A stretch of 64,000 nt of DNA from an uncultured Chloroflexia bacterium (GCA_963763775.1 CAVXPZ010000001.1:576451-640450); one strand, 5' to 3'; counted from the first letter of the stretch, positions 8,958 through 18,881 are shown. Numbers and translations are program-made. The notes: generated by a model not told the origin, from the letters alone.

Positions 8958-10513
8958 GCCAGCCCTGCCATCCGCACGATCCCGAGGCCGTTCTCGCTGG
9001 CGCCGAGCAGCCCGTCGCGTGCCAGGGCCCATCCCGTGCCGTAGCTGATCGGGACCACCGGGGCATCGTTCGCGACGATCGCCTCGGCGCGGTCGTAGGC
9101 GGACGCCGCCGACGCCGGGTCGGCAGCGGCATTCGCCTCCGCGACGGCCGCGTCGAACTCTGGCGACTTCCAGCCCCCGTAGTTGTTGGTCGAGTCGCTC
9201 GAGAGCAGGACGCCCAGGAAGTCATTCCTGCCCGGGAAGTCCGCGATCCAGCCAAGCGACCACATCGCGGGCGGGTCGGTCGAGAGCCGGCCGAAATACG
9301 TGTCGAAGCTCATCGTCTCGTAGCCCAGCGTGATCCCGAGCTCGCGCTTGATCTCGTCGAGGACGGCGGCGTCGGAGCCACCGCCACCGGTCATGAGCGT
9401 CGTCTGCGGGAAGCCGGCGCCGCCCGGGAACCCGGCCTCGGCGAGGAGCGCGCGGGCCTTGTCCGGGTCGTACGCGGGCAGGAAGTCGCGGTCGGAGCGG
9501 CCGGGCATGCCCGGCGGCACGATCGAGGTGACGGTCGAGACCTGGTCGCTGGCGGCGCTGAGCTTCGCGATCCGCCGCCAGTCGACGGCCATCGCGAAGG
9601 CCTGCCGCACGCGAACGTCGTCGAACGGCGGCTTGCGCGTGTCGAAGCCGTAGAACTGCGTCGAGAGCGCCGGGACCTGGCGGAGTTGCGGGCCGAGGCT
9701 CGGGTCGTAGGCGATCCACGACGCATCGCTGTCGAAGATCGACGTGTAGTCGAGCTCGTCGTTCTCGAAGACCTCCACGGCGCTCCGACCGCCCAGGTCG
9801 CTGACGAGCTGGATCGTGTCGATCGCCGGCTTGCCGGCCCAGTAGGCCGGGTTCGCCGTGAGGGTCATGCCCGTCGGGCTCACGGCGGTCGGCAGATAGC
9901 CGCCGCTGCCGACGAAATCCGGTCCCGGCTTGAAGTCCGCGGCGGCCTTCGGCCCAGGCGGGACGACTCCGAACGTCGGGCTCGCCACGACCTCGACGAA
10001 GTCCGATGCCGGGCGGACGAGGTCCACCGTGACCGTGCCGGCCGTGTCGTCCGCCGCCAGGCCGACCTTGGCCGCGTCCGTCTCGCGGCCCGCGAGATGG
10101 TCCGTCGCGCCGTCGACGACCAGCATCAGGGATGCCAGGGGCGAAGGTGCGGCCGGGTCGATGACCCGCAGCCAGCTCCGAACGACGTCGCTCGCCCGCA
10201 GGGGGCTGCCGTCCGAGAATGTCAGGTCGGGCCGGAGCTTGAAGACGACCCGCTTGCCACCTTCCTCCACCGACCACGATTCGGCGAGGGCCGGCCGGAC
10301 CTGGAGATCCGCATCGAACGTCGTGAGCGTCTCGTAGAACTGCGCGAGGACCGCGGCGGTCCCGCCATCGCCCTGGGCGGCGGGATCGAAGGTCGCCGGC
10401 TCGCCGGCAAGGATGCGGACCGGTCGGTCCGCGGCCGCCGCGGGGGCGCACGAGGCCAGCACGACGGCGAGCAGCGCCAGGCAGACGGTGAGGCGAGACG
10501 GGGCGTGGCGCAT
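8945..10513 (-). CDS. ABC transporter substrate-binding lipoprotein, peptide/nickel family 5
   Basis: 522 aa with lipobox LAVVLASC. Its length and sequence pattern fit SBP_bac_5 (e.g. LTFSDGSPLRASDVV, YDPDKARALLAEAGFP). No permease or ATPase gene is adjacent. Confidence 0.8.
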   Translation of the reverse strand: MRHAPSRLTVCLALLAVVLASCAPAAAADRPVRILAGEPATFDPAAQGDGGTAAVLAQFYETLTTFDADLQVRPALAESWSVEEGGKRVVFKLRPDLTFSDGSPLRASDVVRSWLRVIDPAAPSPLASLMLVVDGATDHLAGRETDAAKVGLAADDTAGTVTVDLVRPASDFVEVVASPTFGVVPPGPKAAADFKPGPDFVGSGGYLPTAVSPTGMTLTANPAYWAGKPAIDTIQLVSDLGGRSAVEVFENDELDYTSIFDSDASWIAYDPSLGPQLRQVPALSTQFYGFDTRKPPFDDVRVRQAFAMAVDWRRIAKLSAASDQVSTVTSIVPPGMPGRSDRDFLPAYDPDKARALLAEAGFPGGAGFPQTTLMTGGGGSDAAVLDEIKRELGITLGYETMSFDTYFGRLSTDPPAMWSLGWIADFPGRNDFLGVLLSSDSTNNYGGWKSPEFDAAVAEANAAADPASAASAYDRAEAIVANDAPVVPISYGTGWALARDGLLGASENGLGIVRMAGLAWGD

Positions 10514-10520
10514 CGGCGGG

Positions 10521-10526
10521 AGTATA
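10521..10526 (-). promoter_or_regulatory. candidate -10 hexamer (TATACT) placed for a leaderless transcript of the SBP operon
   Basis: The minus strand reads cccTATACTcccgccgATG. The hexamer ends 7 nt before the A of the ATG (10513), and there is no Shine-Dalgarno sequence in between. Confidence 0.3.
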
Positions 10527-10659
10527 GGGCGGCCCGGCCGAAGCCCCCTCGGATCGACGGATCGGAAGGCTTTGAGGCCCCGCAGGTCGACACCCGCCGG
10601 GGGACGTCATGCCCACCCGCGAGGCCTCTATGGATACCAACGAACAGGTTCCGATCCCG

Positions 10660-11655
10660 TTAGGGCCGGCCCACCACATCGTCGATCCCGGACCCATCTG
10701 CTCCGCTCAGCAGGTCCTTGCGGGCGCCGAACCGGTCGCTCAGGCGGTAGAAGTCGCGCTTCGCGCCGCGGGCGTCCGCAGGATCGACCGGGCTGACCGT
10801 CTCGGGGAGGCGCGAGGACTCGGCCATCCGCGCCGGGACGCCGTCGACGGCCACCGCTCGTCTCGGAGCGATCCCCTCCCCCTCGTCACGCAGCACGAGG
10901 CTCCACCATGCCTCGAGCGGCCGCGTGCCACGGAAGCGCTCGTCCAGGGGGCCTCGCTCCAGACCGTCGTCGCGGCGGAAGGCCAACGCCGCGAACGTGA
11001 CCGCGTCCACGTCGCCGGGTCCGCCGTCGACGAACGAGCGCAGCGAGGCCCCGGTCACACCCCAGCCGCCAGCCACCGCCACCGACGGATCGTCCAGGGC
11101 GCGGGCAAGCGGCGTGATCACATCACCGGTCGGCGCGACGCCGGCACCGAGGACGACGACGATCGGTCCCGCCGCACGACGGATCCCGATGTTGACGGCC
11201 GCCGCGAGGCCGAGGCGCTGGCTGGTCCAGACGACCTCGGTCGCGTCATCGGCCGGCGTGTCGAGCGCCCCGGCGACCTCGGCCGACGGGTCGTCCGCGA
11301 CCACCACGACGGTCGTGCCGCCCGGTGCGTGGGCTCGCACGCCATGCAGCGCCGCCACGAGCGCGTCGGGATCGTCGGTCGCGTGGAGCACCAGGGTCGC
11401 GAGGCCGACGGGAGGCTCGCCGGATCGAGCCGGGACGTTGGCGCTCGCCCCGTAGCGGACGCGCTCGCCGTCCGCGACGTCGGGCGGCGCGGCCGGTGAC
11501 AGGGCGAAGTCCGTCCCTCGGTCGACGATCCGCCAACCAGCGGCCTCGATCTCGGCGCGGAGCCGGTCCGCCTCGGCCCAGTCCTGTGCGGCACGAGCGC
11601 GCGACCGGTCGTGGGCCGCGGTCAGCACCTCGTCAGGGATGCGCGTCCTCGTCAT
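10660..11655 (-). CDS. GT2-like glycosyltransferase with short N-terminal helical domain
   Basis: ATG 11655 overlaps the upstream kinase stop (ATGA). The core LATLVLHATDD...VVVVADDPS...LGLAAAVNIGIRRAAGPIVVVLGAG looks like a GT-A/GT2 fold. The N-terminal AAQDWAEADRLRAEIEAAGWRIVDRGTDFAL resembles the C-terminal helix of CysRS/YqeB proteins (from memory). Confidence 0.55.
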   Translation of the reverse strand: MTRTRIPDEVLTAAHDRSRARAAQDWAEADRLRAEIEAAGWRIVDRGTDFALSPAAPPDVADGERVRYGASANVPARSGEPPVGLATLVLHATDDPDALVAALHGVRAHAPGGTTVVVVADDPSAEVAGALDTPADDATEVVWTSQRLGLAAAVNIGIRRAAGPIVVVLGAGVAPTGDVITPLARALDDPSVAVAGGWGVTGASLRSFVDGGPGDVDAVTFAALAFRRDDGLERGPLDERFRGTRPLEAWWSLVLRDEGEGIAPRRAVAVDGVPARMAESSRLPETVSPVDPADARGAKRDFYRLSDRFGARKDLLSGADGSGIDDVVGRP

Positions 11656-12987
11656 CGGGCCGTCGGGGCCGGACGGGTCAGCGGCCGCAGGTCGGCGGCG
11701 ACCCGGTCGGCCATCTCCCATGGTTGATCCAGGCCGGGCAGGATCCGGGTCGCATAGAGCGAGGCCATATGGACCGGGTGGACAAGCCTCGCGAGGTCCA
11801 GGGCGGCACCGAGACTCCGCCGGGTCGGCGCGGTCGGCCCAGGGGCCGAGATACGCGGCGACGAGATCGGCCCCCAGGCCATCCGGCACATCCGATCGAC
11901 GTCACCCAGGAACGACGCGGCGGTCAGGAACGGGTGGGTGATCGTGGCGTCGGACCAATCCAGGATCACCGGACCCATCTCCCCCAGGATGACCTGGCCC
12001 GCGGCGAAGTCACCGTGGTCGAGGCTGGGCGGGATCCCGTCACCGGCGAGGCGGTCGGCCGCATCGGCGAGCTCGGGGATCCGAGCGCGAACGGCGACGG
12101 CCTCATCGGCGGTCAGCCCGCCGGCACGGCCGATCCCGAGCAGGTCGTCATCGGCCAGGAGCGCCGCCACGGAGGCCGCCAGGTCGGCCGGGTCCGAACG
12201 CGCGACGCCGGCCATGGCCAGCGCCGCCGGGTCCGCCGCGAGCACCCGCTGCGCCTCCGCGACGCGGCTCATCGTCGCCGTCCACGCCAGCGGCTGGTCC
12301 CGCAGCGTCGGCAAGGCCGGGCCATCCACGTGCTCCATGAGGAGCCGTCCGAGCGTCGCATCCGCCGCCACGAGGGCCGGCACGAGCCCGGGATCGAGGT
12401 CGGTCAGGAGCGCGGTGACCTGGACCTCGTGGGCGAACACCGCCGGGACGTCCTTCACCCAGAGACGGCCGCGATCGGTGTCCAGCTCGAGCAGCGCCGA
12501 GCGGCCCCACGACCGGACCTGGCGGACCGGCCCGTGACGGGCGATCCCCGCGTCGACGAGTCGCTCGTCGATCCAGGCGACCATCTCCGCGAACCATCCG
12601 GGGCGGTACCACGGCTGATGCGCGCCGACCGGCTCCTCGAGGACGGAGGCCACGGCAGCCGGCAGGTCGGCCGTCGGGGACCTCGCGCCAACCGGCCGGG
12701 AGCACGCCGCTGAGCCATTCCGCCTCGTACCGTCGCAGGCCCGCGCCGTCCACGGCGTCGCCGCCGTCCGGGCGAAGCCGCCGCAGGACCGCGACCTCGA
12801 GCCCGAGGGTGTCGCGCGCCCAGTCGGCGACCGGGGTCACGACCTGCCACGGCGGGGCGTCGTCGAGCGCGAACCCGGGTCGCCGTCCGTCCGTGCCGAC
12901 CACGACGCGGTCGCCGTCGGCGCGGCGGATCACGATCTCGTACGGGACGCGGATGGTCGGTCCTCCTGCTGGGGGTGGGGCCGTCAT
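11652..12987 (-). pseudogene. aminoglycoside/choline-kinase-fold phosphotransferase with ~100-aa N-terminal domain, frame-broken as assembled near 12676
   Basis: ORF 11652..12653 carries the kinase core (LDHGDFAAGQVILG, DWSDATITHP). A high-GC3 ORF from ATG 12987 (MTAPPPAGGPTIRVPYEIV...AEWLSGVLPAGWREV) runs into it one frame off, with no stop of its own until 12148. Confidence 0.7.
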
Positions 12988-13038
12988 CCTACGACGCGGT
13001 CGGTCTCGCGACCCGCCCGTTCGATACCATGCCTCGCG

Positions 13039-13908
13039 ATGGACGATCGAACGATCCGGGCGCGCCTGATCCACCCCGGCTACGAGCTGTTCATCGTCGG
13101 GATCACGTTCCTCTCGCTGGCGAACCTCGTGGTCTACGTGCTTGCGCCGGACCCGGAGGTCGACCAGGTCGTCGCGATCATCGACGGGTTGCTGTGCATC
13201 ATCTTCATGATCGACTTCGGCTGGCGACTCGCGTCGGCACCGGACCGCCGGGTCTACCTGCGTTGGGGCTGGGCGGACTTCGTCGGCAGCCTCCCGGTCC
13301 CGTGGCTGCGCCCGTTCCGCCTGGTCCACGTCGGCAGGGTCTCCCGGGTGATCGCCGCGGCCGGCGGCCGGCCGATCGTCCGGCAGATGCTCCGCGAGCG
13401 CGCCGAAACGGCCATCTTCATCGTGTTCTTCGTCGCGATCGTCGTGCTCGAGCTCTCCTCCGCGCTCGTCCTCGTCGCGGAGCGCGACGCCCCGGGTCAC
13501 AACATCGACACCGGCGGTGAGTCGCTGTGGTGGGCGTGGGTCTCGGTCACGACCGTCGGCTACGGCGACTTCTACCCGGTGTCGACGTGGGGCCGGATCA
13601 TCGGGTCGGTGCTGCTCGGCGTGGGGATCGGACTGGTCACGACGATCACCGGCTTCCTGGCGACCAAGCTCGTCCCACGCTACGACCAGCCGCCGCAGGC
13701 GGAGGACGGGCTCGCCGCCGCGGCCGAGAACCGAGGCGGAGTCGGGCGTCCTCCCGCCGACGCCGCCGTCGTCCGGTTAACCGCCGCCGAGACTGACGAC
13801 GCGGCCTGTCGGTCCCGGGCTCAGGGCCGCCGCAACCACGCCACGGCGAGGATCGCGACGATCAGGCCGACGGGGATGCCGACGCCGACGGCACCGGTCA
13901 GGACATAG
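13039..13908 (+). CDS. voltage-gated-type potassium channel
   Basis: It has the selectivity filter TTVGYGD and an S4-like helix, RPFRLVHVGRVSRV. The annotated tail overlaps the convergent gene by 88 nt, so the true stop may be earlier. Confidence 0.8.
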   Translation: MDDRTIRARLIHPGYELFIVGITFLSLANLVVYVLAPDPEVDQVVAIIDGLLCIIFMIDFGWRLASAPDRRVYLRWGWADFVGSLPVPWLRPFRLVHVGRVSRVIAAAGGRPIVRQMLRERAETAIFIVFFVAIVVLELSSALVLVAERDAPGHNIDTGGESLWWAWVSVTTVGYGDFYPVSTWGRIIGSVLLGVGIGLVTTITGFLATKLVPRYDQPPQAEDGLAAAAENRGGVGRPPADAAVVRLTAAETDDAACRSRAQGRRNHATARIATIRPTGMPTPTAPVRT

Positions 13909-14069
13909 ACCACGACGGCCCCGGAGCAACCGAGCAGGATCGAGTACCCGGCGACGACGCCCGGGGTCATGGGGCCGAGCTTGCGCCTCCGCCAGACGAA
14001 CCACGCGATGACGCCGAAGCCCGCGAGCGCCCACCCGAGCTGGAGCGGGCTGACGGTCGAGAGGTCCAT
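13821..14069 (-). CDS. small hydrophobic membrane protein, unknown function
   Basis: 82 aa with 2-3 predicted TM helices (LGWALAGFGVIAWFVW, GVVAGYSILLGCSGAVVVYVL, GIPVGLIVAILAVAWL). No recognisable family. Confidence 0.4.
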   Translation of the reverse strand: MDLSTVSPLQLGWALAGFGVIAWFVWRRRKLGPMTPGVVAGYSILLGCSGAVVVYVLTGAVGVGIPVGLIVAILAVAWLRRP

Positions 14070-14122
14070 CGGGGCAGTCTGGCAGGTCGCCGGTCAGGCG
14101 ACGGGCTCCCCGTCGCCCTCGG

Positions 14123-15238
14123 TCAGGCGGCCGTGCCCCGCGCGTCCGCCTTGAGCTCGGCGGTCGTCGGCAGCATCGACTTCCCGCGCCGGACGACCTT
14201 GAGGAGGATCCAGGCCATCGGGATCGGCAGGAACCAGAAGTACAGCCGGTAGAGGAAGACCCCCGCCGTGATCTGCGACGAGTACTGCGGCGCGATGGCG
14301 GTCAGGCCCGAGATGAAGAGCAGCTCGGGGACCCCGGCTCCGCCCGGCGAGAGCGGGATGATCGTGATGACCATCACCAGGCCGAAGACGGCGAAGATCT
14401 CGAACGCGTTCAGGGCGCTCTCGGGGACGCCGCAGATCCGCAACGCCACGATCAGGATCACCGTCCAGCCGAGCTGGGAGAGGATGGACACGCCGAGGGC
14501 CATCGCGCCATGCCCGCGGAGGACCTCGCCGAACTGGTCGCGGAACCGGTGGATCGCCCCGGACACGTCGAGGTTGGCGGTCCGGCCGAGTCGGCGCAGC
14601 ACCCAGCTCACCATCCGCTGGCCGGTCCGTCCGAGCCAGTCGGCCGCCCGGTCCGAACGGACGATGGCGACGATCAACGCGGTCGCGACCACGAACGCGA
14701 CGATGCTCAGGATCGCGATGGTCCACATCGTCCCGGCGTCCGAGGCGCTGGTCAGCTCGCCCGTCACGGCCAGCAGGACGACCGCCATCAGCGGCAGGAA
14801 CAGCCGGCTCAGTTCGTTGACGACGCCATAGAGGGCGATGCCGGTCGTGGCGGGCGCGTTGGCGACGCCCCAACCGCGCATCACGACCCACAGCACGCCC
14901 ATGTTCCACGGTCCGAACGGCACGCTGGCGCCGATCCCGGCGAGGATCAGCCAGGACATCGTCGAGCGGAGCACCGAGAGGCCCACCACGAGGGCGGCGA
15001 ACACGAGGCCGCTCAGGACCCAGGCGATCACGCCGAGGACCGTCATGACGACGATCTGCGACAACGACAGGGCCGTGAAGGCGGCCGCGACCTCCGAGTA
15101 GTCGACGTACCGCGGCAGGATGATGAAGAAGACGACGAACAGGACGCCGACGATGAGCGCGGACCGCAGGATGGCGGAACGGCGGCTCGGCGGGGCGGCG
15201 GCCGACGCGGGGTCGGTCCCAGGGGTCCCGTCGTCCAA
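14123..15238 (-). CDS. flippase-like / lysylphosphatidylglycerol-synthase TM-region family protein (UPF0104)
   Basis: 371-aa polytopic membrane protein. The IIPLSPGGAGVPELLF motif is characteristic of the LPG_synthase_TM family. Confidence 0.7.
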   Translation of the reverse strand: MDDGTPGTDPASAAAPPSRRSAILRSALIVGVLFVVFFIILPRYVDYSEVAAAFTALSLSQIVVMTVLGVIAWVLSGLVFAALVVGLSVLRSTMSWLILAGIGASVPFGPWNMGVLWVVMRGWGVANAPATTGIALYGVVNELSRLFLPLMAVVLLAVTGELTSASDAGTMWTIAILSIVAFVVATALIVAIVRSDRAADWLGRTGQRMVSWVLRRLGRTANLDVSGAIHRFRDQFGEVLRGHGAMALGVSILSQLGWTVILIVALRICGVPESALNAFEIFAVFGLVMVITIIPLSPGGAGVPELLFISGLTAIAPQYSSQITAGVFLYRLYFWFLPIPMAWILLKVVRRGKSMLPTTAELKADARGTAA

Positions 15239-15356
15239 CGGGACCGTGGACGCGTCCGGTCCGGGTGTCGATCGTCGGGGTCACGTCACGGATCAGGCTC
15301 CTTCGGGGCGACGCCACACAGCGTAGCCGGTCCCGATGACCTCGCGCCGGGCGCGC

Positions 15357-17259
15357 CTACCGCCCGATCTGGATGACGCCGTTCCAGAGCACGTAGTTGG
15401 TATTCCAGACGTCGCGGTGGATGACGTGCCCGTTGCGGTCGCGGACGACGCGGCTGACCGAGACGTGCATCCCGTTCGCGGGGAACTCGGTCTGCAGGCG
15501 GGTGCCTCGCGGCAGGCGACGACGTGTACTCGGTCCGCGTGACCGCCTTGCGGACGTTGCTGACCGACGGCCGGCTGAGGCTCACCTTCCGGCCGTCCGG
15601 GATGCCCCAGATCTCGTAGCGGACCCAGCCCTTGCCGCCCGCCCGGTAGCGGTACGTGCGGATGACGATCGGTGTCTTCATGTCGTTGGTGAAGCTCATC
15701 GTCTGGCTGCCGCCCCCCGGGGTCTTGGAGACCGTCGCGTCCAGGCCGAGCGGATACCGGTAGATGTAGTACTTGTGATTCGAGCGCGCGCCCATCTGCA
15801 GGCCCGCACGGAGCGCCGCGTTGAAGAGCGTCGTGGAGCTCGAGCACATGCCGCCGCCCAGGGCGCCGGTCGGCTCCGTGTGGTCTCCCGCGATGAAGCC
15901 GCCCGGGCCGAACCCGCGGGACGGCGAGACCGGGCCGACCGCGCTCCACCACTCGAACCGCTGACCCGGCCGCAGGACGGTCCCGTCGATGATCCGGGCC
16001 GGCTGCCAGATGTTCGCGCCGAAGAAGTTGTGGTCGCTGATCGGGAACCAGGTCTTCCAGGTGCCGAGCATCTTCATCAGCGGGCCACGCTTCGTGGCTT
16101 CCGCCGTCGTCAGCTTGGGTTCGATCTTGGAGGTCTGGGCCTTGACGGGCGTCGAGGGCGCGCCAGCGCCCCGGTCGGTCACGGCCTGGGCGATCGCGAC
16201 CGCCGTCGCCGTCCCGTCGAGCTGTCGGCCGTCCTTCGCCGGAGCGACGCCGACGATGTGCCCGCTCCGTGACTTGAGGTACTTGGCCGACACCGGCGCG
16301 ACCTTCACGGCCTTCGCGACCTTCCCGAGGGCCTTCGGGATCGCGTCGAGGTCGACCGTCGGCACCGACGACCCGTCCGCGGCCGTCTCGAAGCGGAGCC
16401 ACGTCCGGACGGTCGCGGCCTTGATCTTCCAGTGCTTCTTGCCGAGCGTCACCACGACGTCCCCGACCATCCGGTCGGCGGCCGACTTCGCGGCGACCGC
16501 GACCTGGTCGCCGTGCTCGGGTGCGACCGGCGTGGCGGCCGCCTCGACGGCGACTTCGGGCGGGGCGTCGATCCGGGCCAGGGCCGCCAGCGCGGCGTTT
16601 GCCGCGGCGGTCCCGTCGAACGATCGCCCGTCCTGGGCCGGCATCGTGTAGACGGACGCCAGGCTCTTGACGACGCGGCTGTCGACCGGCGCACGATCGA
16701 ACGCCGCTACCCCTTCGTCGACCTTCGCCGCGAGGGCGACCGAGTCGAGCGTGACGCGAGGCTCGATCGACGTGCCGGACAGGGCGAGTCGCACCTCGGC
16801 GACGGCCCGCTCGAACGTCGTCCCGGACCGGCCGGCCTGCATGGCCTCGTCGACCATCGCGCCGACATCCGCGCGTCGTGAGAACGCCGCGTACGGCACG
16901 GTCACGTCGCCCGCGACCGTGTGGACCACCACCTGGCCCTCGCCATAGGCGGCGAACGCGTCCGCCAGCTTCGCGGACGCCTGGGTGTAGTCGAGGCCGG
17001 ACAGGTCCACACCGCCGACCGTGACGCCGTACAGGACGCGTCCATCGTGGTCGTTGTCGTAGGCGTAGAGCGCACCGGCGGCCAGGCCGATGCACAGGAG
17101 GAAGCCGAGGACGAACCCGGCAAGCAGACGCGGCCAGATCCGTCGGCGTCGCGTCACCCGCTCGCCGGCCGGCTCCGCCGTCGGTTCGGTGACGGGCTCG
17201 ACCGTCGGTTCGGATCCCGGCGTCAGGACGCCGTCAGCGCTGGTCATGGCGGTACGCAT
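15357..17259 (-). pseudogene. VanW family protein, frame-broken as assembled near 15505-15530
   Basis: N-terminal TM helix, then the VanW core (GGGMCSSSTTLFNAALRAGL, YIYRYPLGLDATV). After ...TRTEYTSS the frame turns to nonsense. An adjacent frame reads LPRGTRLQTEFPANGMHVSVSRVVRDRNGHVIHRDVWNTNYVLWNGVIQIGR and stops at TAG 15359-15357. Confidence 0.8.
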
Positions 17260-17384
17260 GATGCAGCATCGTCGTCAGAGGTCAATCGGACTTCTGGCGG
17301 ACGACTCGACGTCATGCGCAACGGACGATGCCGCGATGTCGCCGACGTGGTCTGATTGACGGTACAACCCGAAGGAGCCATGTC

Positions 17385-18881
17385 ATGACCGAGTCGACCC
17401 GGCCCGTCTCGCGGGCGCGCAAGTCCATCCCGGACAAGAGCACCGCGGCGGCCTATGACGCTGCATGGCAGGTGGACGTCCCCGCAGGCCTCGCCTGGAC
17501 GGCGCGTCCGTGGGTCGATCCGCAGGCGCGCGCCGCCGTCGGCAAGGCGGCGCGGAAGCGCGTGCCTCGAGTCGCCCACGCCGCCTTCGAGCCAGCGCGC
17601 GGCCGCGATCCGATCGCGATCCTCGAGGCGCAGGAGGTGGACCGGCTCCAGGACCTCCTGCCCCTTCGGCACGACCGCATGGCGGAGTCCGCGTTCGCCT
17701 ACTACCGCGGCACCCCGGCCGTCATGGCCTTCGATCTCTCGACGACGCCGCGGTCGGACATCCTCGTCCAGGCCAGCGGTGACGCCCACCTGTCGAACTT
17801 CGGGCTCTTCGCCTCCCCCGAGCGGACGCTCGTCTTCGATGCCAACGACTTCGACGAGACCCTGCCGGCGCCATGGGAGTGGGACGTCAAGCGGCTCGCG
17901 GCCAGCATGGTCATCGCCGGGCGGTCCAACGGATTCTCGCCCTCGGCGAACCGCGAGATCACGATGGCGACCGTCCGCGCCTACCGGCAGTGGATGGCCC
18001 GGTACGCGAGCATGCGGCTGCTCGACGTCTGGTACACCTCCATCACCGACGCGGACATCCGCGACGCCGCCGAGGCCAGTGGCGCGCTCCAGGGCCGCCA
18101 GGCGTCCGAACGTCGCGGGCGTTTGGAGGCCATCTTCGCCAAGTCGCGGCGACGCGATGGCATGCGCGCCTTCGAGTCCCTGACGGCGGTCGTCGACGGA
18201 CGTCGGGTCATCCTCGAAGACCCGCCCGTGATCACGCACGTGGAGGTCGCCGGCGGTCCCGGGGCACTCGAGAAGGTCTTCACCGACTACCGGGCAACGA
18301 TGCCGGAGAACCGGCGCGACTTCCTCGAGCGATACCGGTTCGTCGACTTCGCCCTCAAGGTCGTCGGCGTCGGGAGCGTCGGGACGCGCTGCTTCGTGCT
18401 GGTTCTCGAGGGCCGCGACGAGAACGACCCCTTGATCCTCCAGGCCAAGGAGGCCAGCGCATCCGTCCTCGAGCCGTACGTCGAGGTCAGCGGACACACG
18501 AACCACGCCCAGCGGGTGGTCGTCGGCCAGCAACTCATGCAGGCGACCTCGGACATCTTCCTCGGCTGGACGCGCGGTCCCGGTGGTCGTGACTTCTATC
18601 TGCGCCAGCTCTGGGACATGAAGGGTTCCGTCGACACCACGGCACTGTTGCCCCTCGGCCTGGGCTTCTACGGCGGCATGTGCGGCTGGTCGCTTGCCCG
18701 GGCCCACGCCCGGACCGGCGATGCCGCCGCGATCTCGGCCTATCTCGGGACGGGCGACAAGTTCGATGGCGCCATCGCGGACTTCTCGGAGGCGTACGCG
18801 GACGTCAACGCCACGGACCACGCCGCGTACCTCGAGGCCATCAAGGCCGGACGCGTCTCGACGACACCCACGCCAGGCTGA
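17385..18881 (+). CDS. DUF2252 domain-containing protein
   Basis: ATG 17385 is preceded by GAAGGAG. The pattern AFAYYRGTPAVMAFDL...SGDAHLSNFG...DANDFDET...WEWDVKRLAAS...QLWDMKGS is as I recall for DUF2252. Confidence 0.75.
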   Translation: MTESTRPVSRARKSIPDKSTAAAYDAAWQVDVPAGLAWTARPWVDPQARAAVGKAARKRVPRVAHAAFEPARGRDPIAILEAQEVDRLQDLLPLRHDRMAESAFAYYRGTPAVMAFDLSTTPRSDILVQASGDAHLSNFGLFASPERTLVFDANDFDETLPAPWEWDVKRLAASMVIAGRSNGFSPSANREITMATVRAYRQWMARYASMRLLDVWYTSITDADIRDAAEASGALQGRQASERRGRLEAIFAKSRRRDGMRAFESLTAVVDGRRVILEDPPVITHVEVAGGPGALEKVFTDYRATMPENRRDFLERYRFVDFALKVVGVGSVGTRCFVLVLEGRDENDPLILQAKEASASVLEPYVEVSGHTNHAQRVVVGQQLMQATSDIFLGWTRGPGGRDFYLRQLWDMKGSVDTTALLPLGLGFYGGMCGWSLARAHARTGDAAAISAYLGTGDKFDGAIADFSEAYADVNATDHAAYLEAIKAGRVSTTPTPG

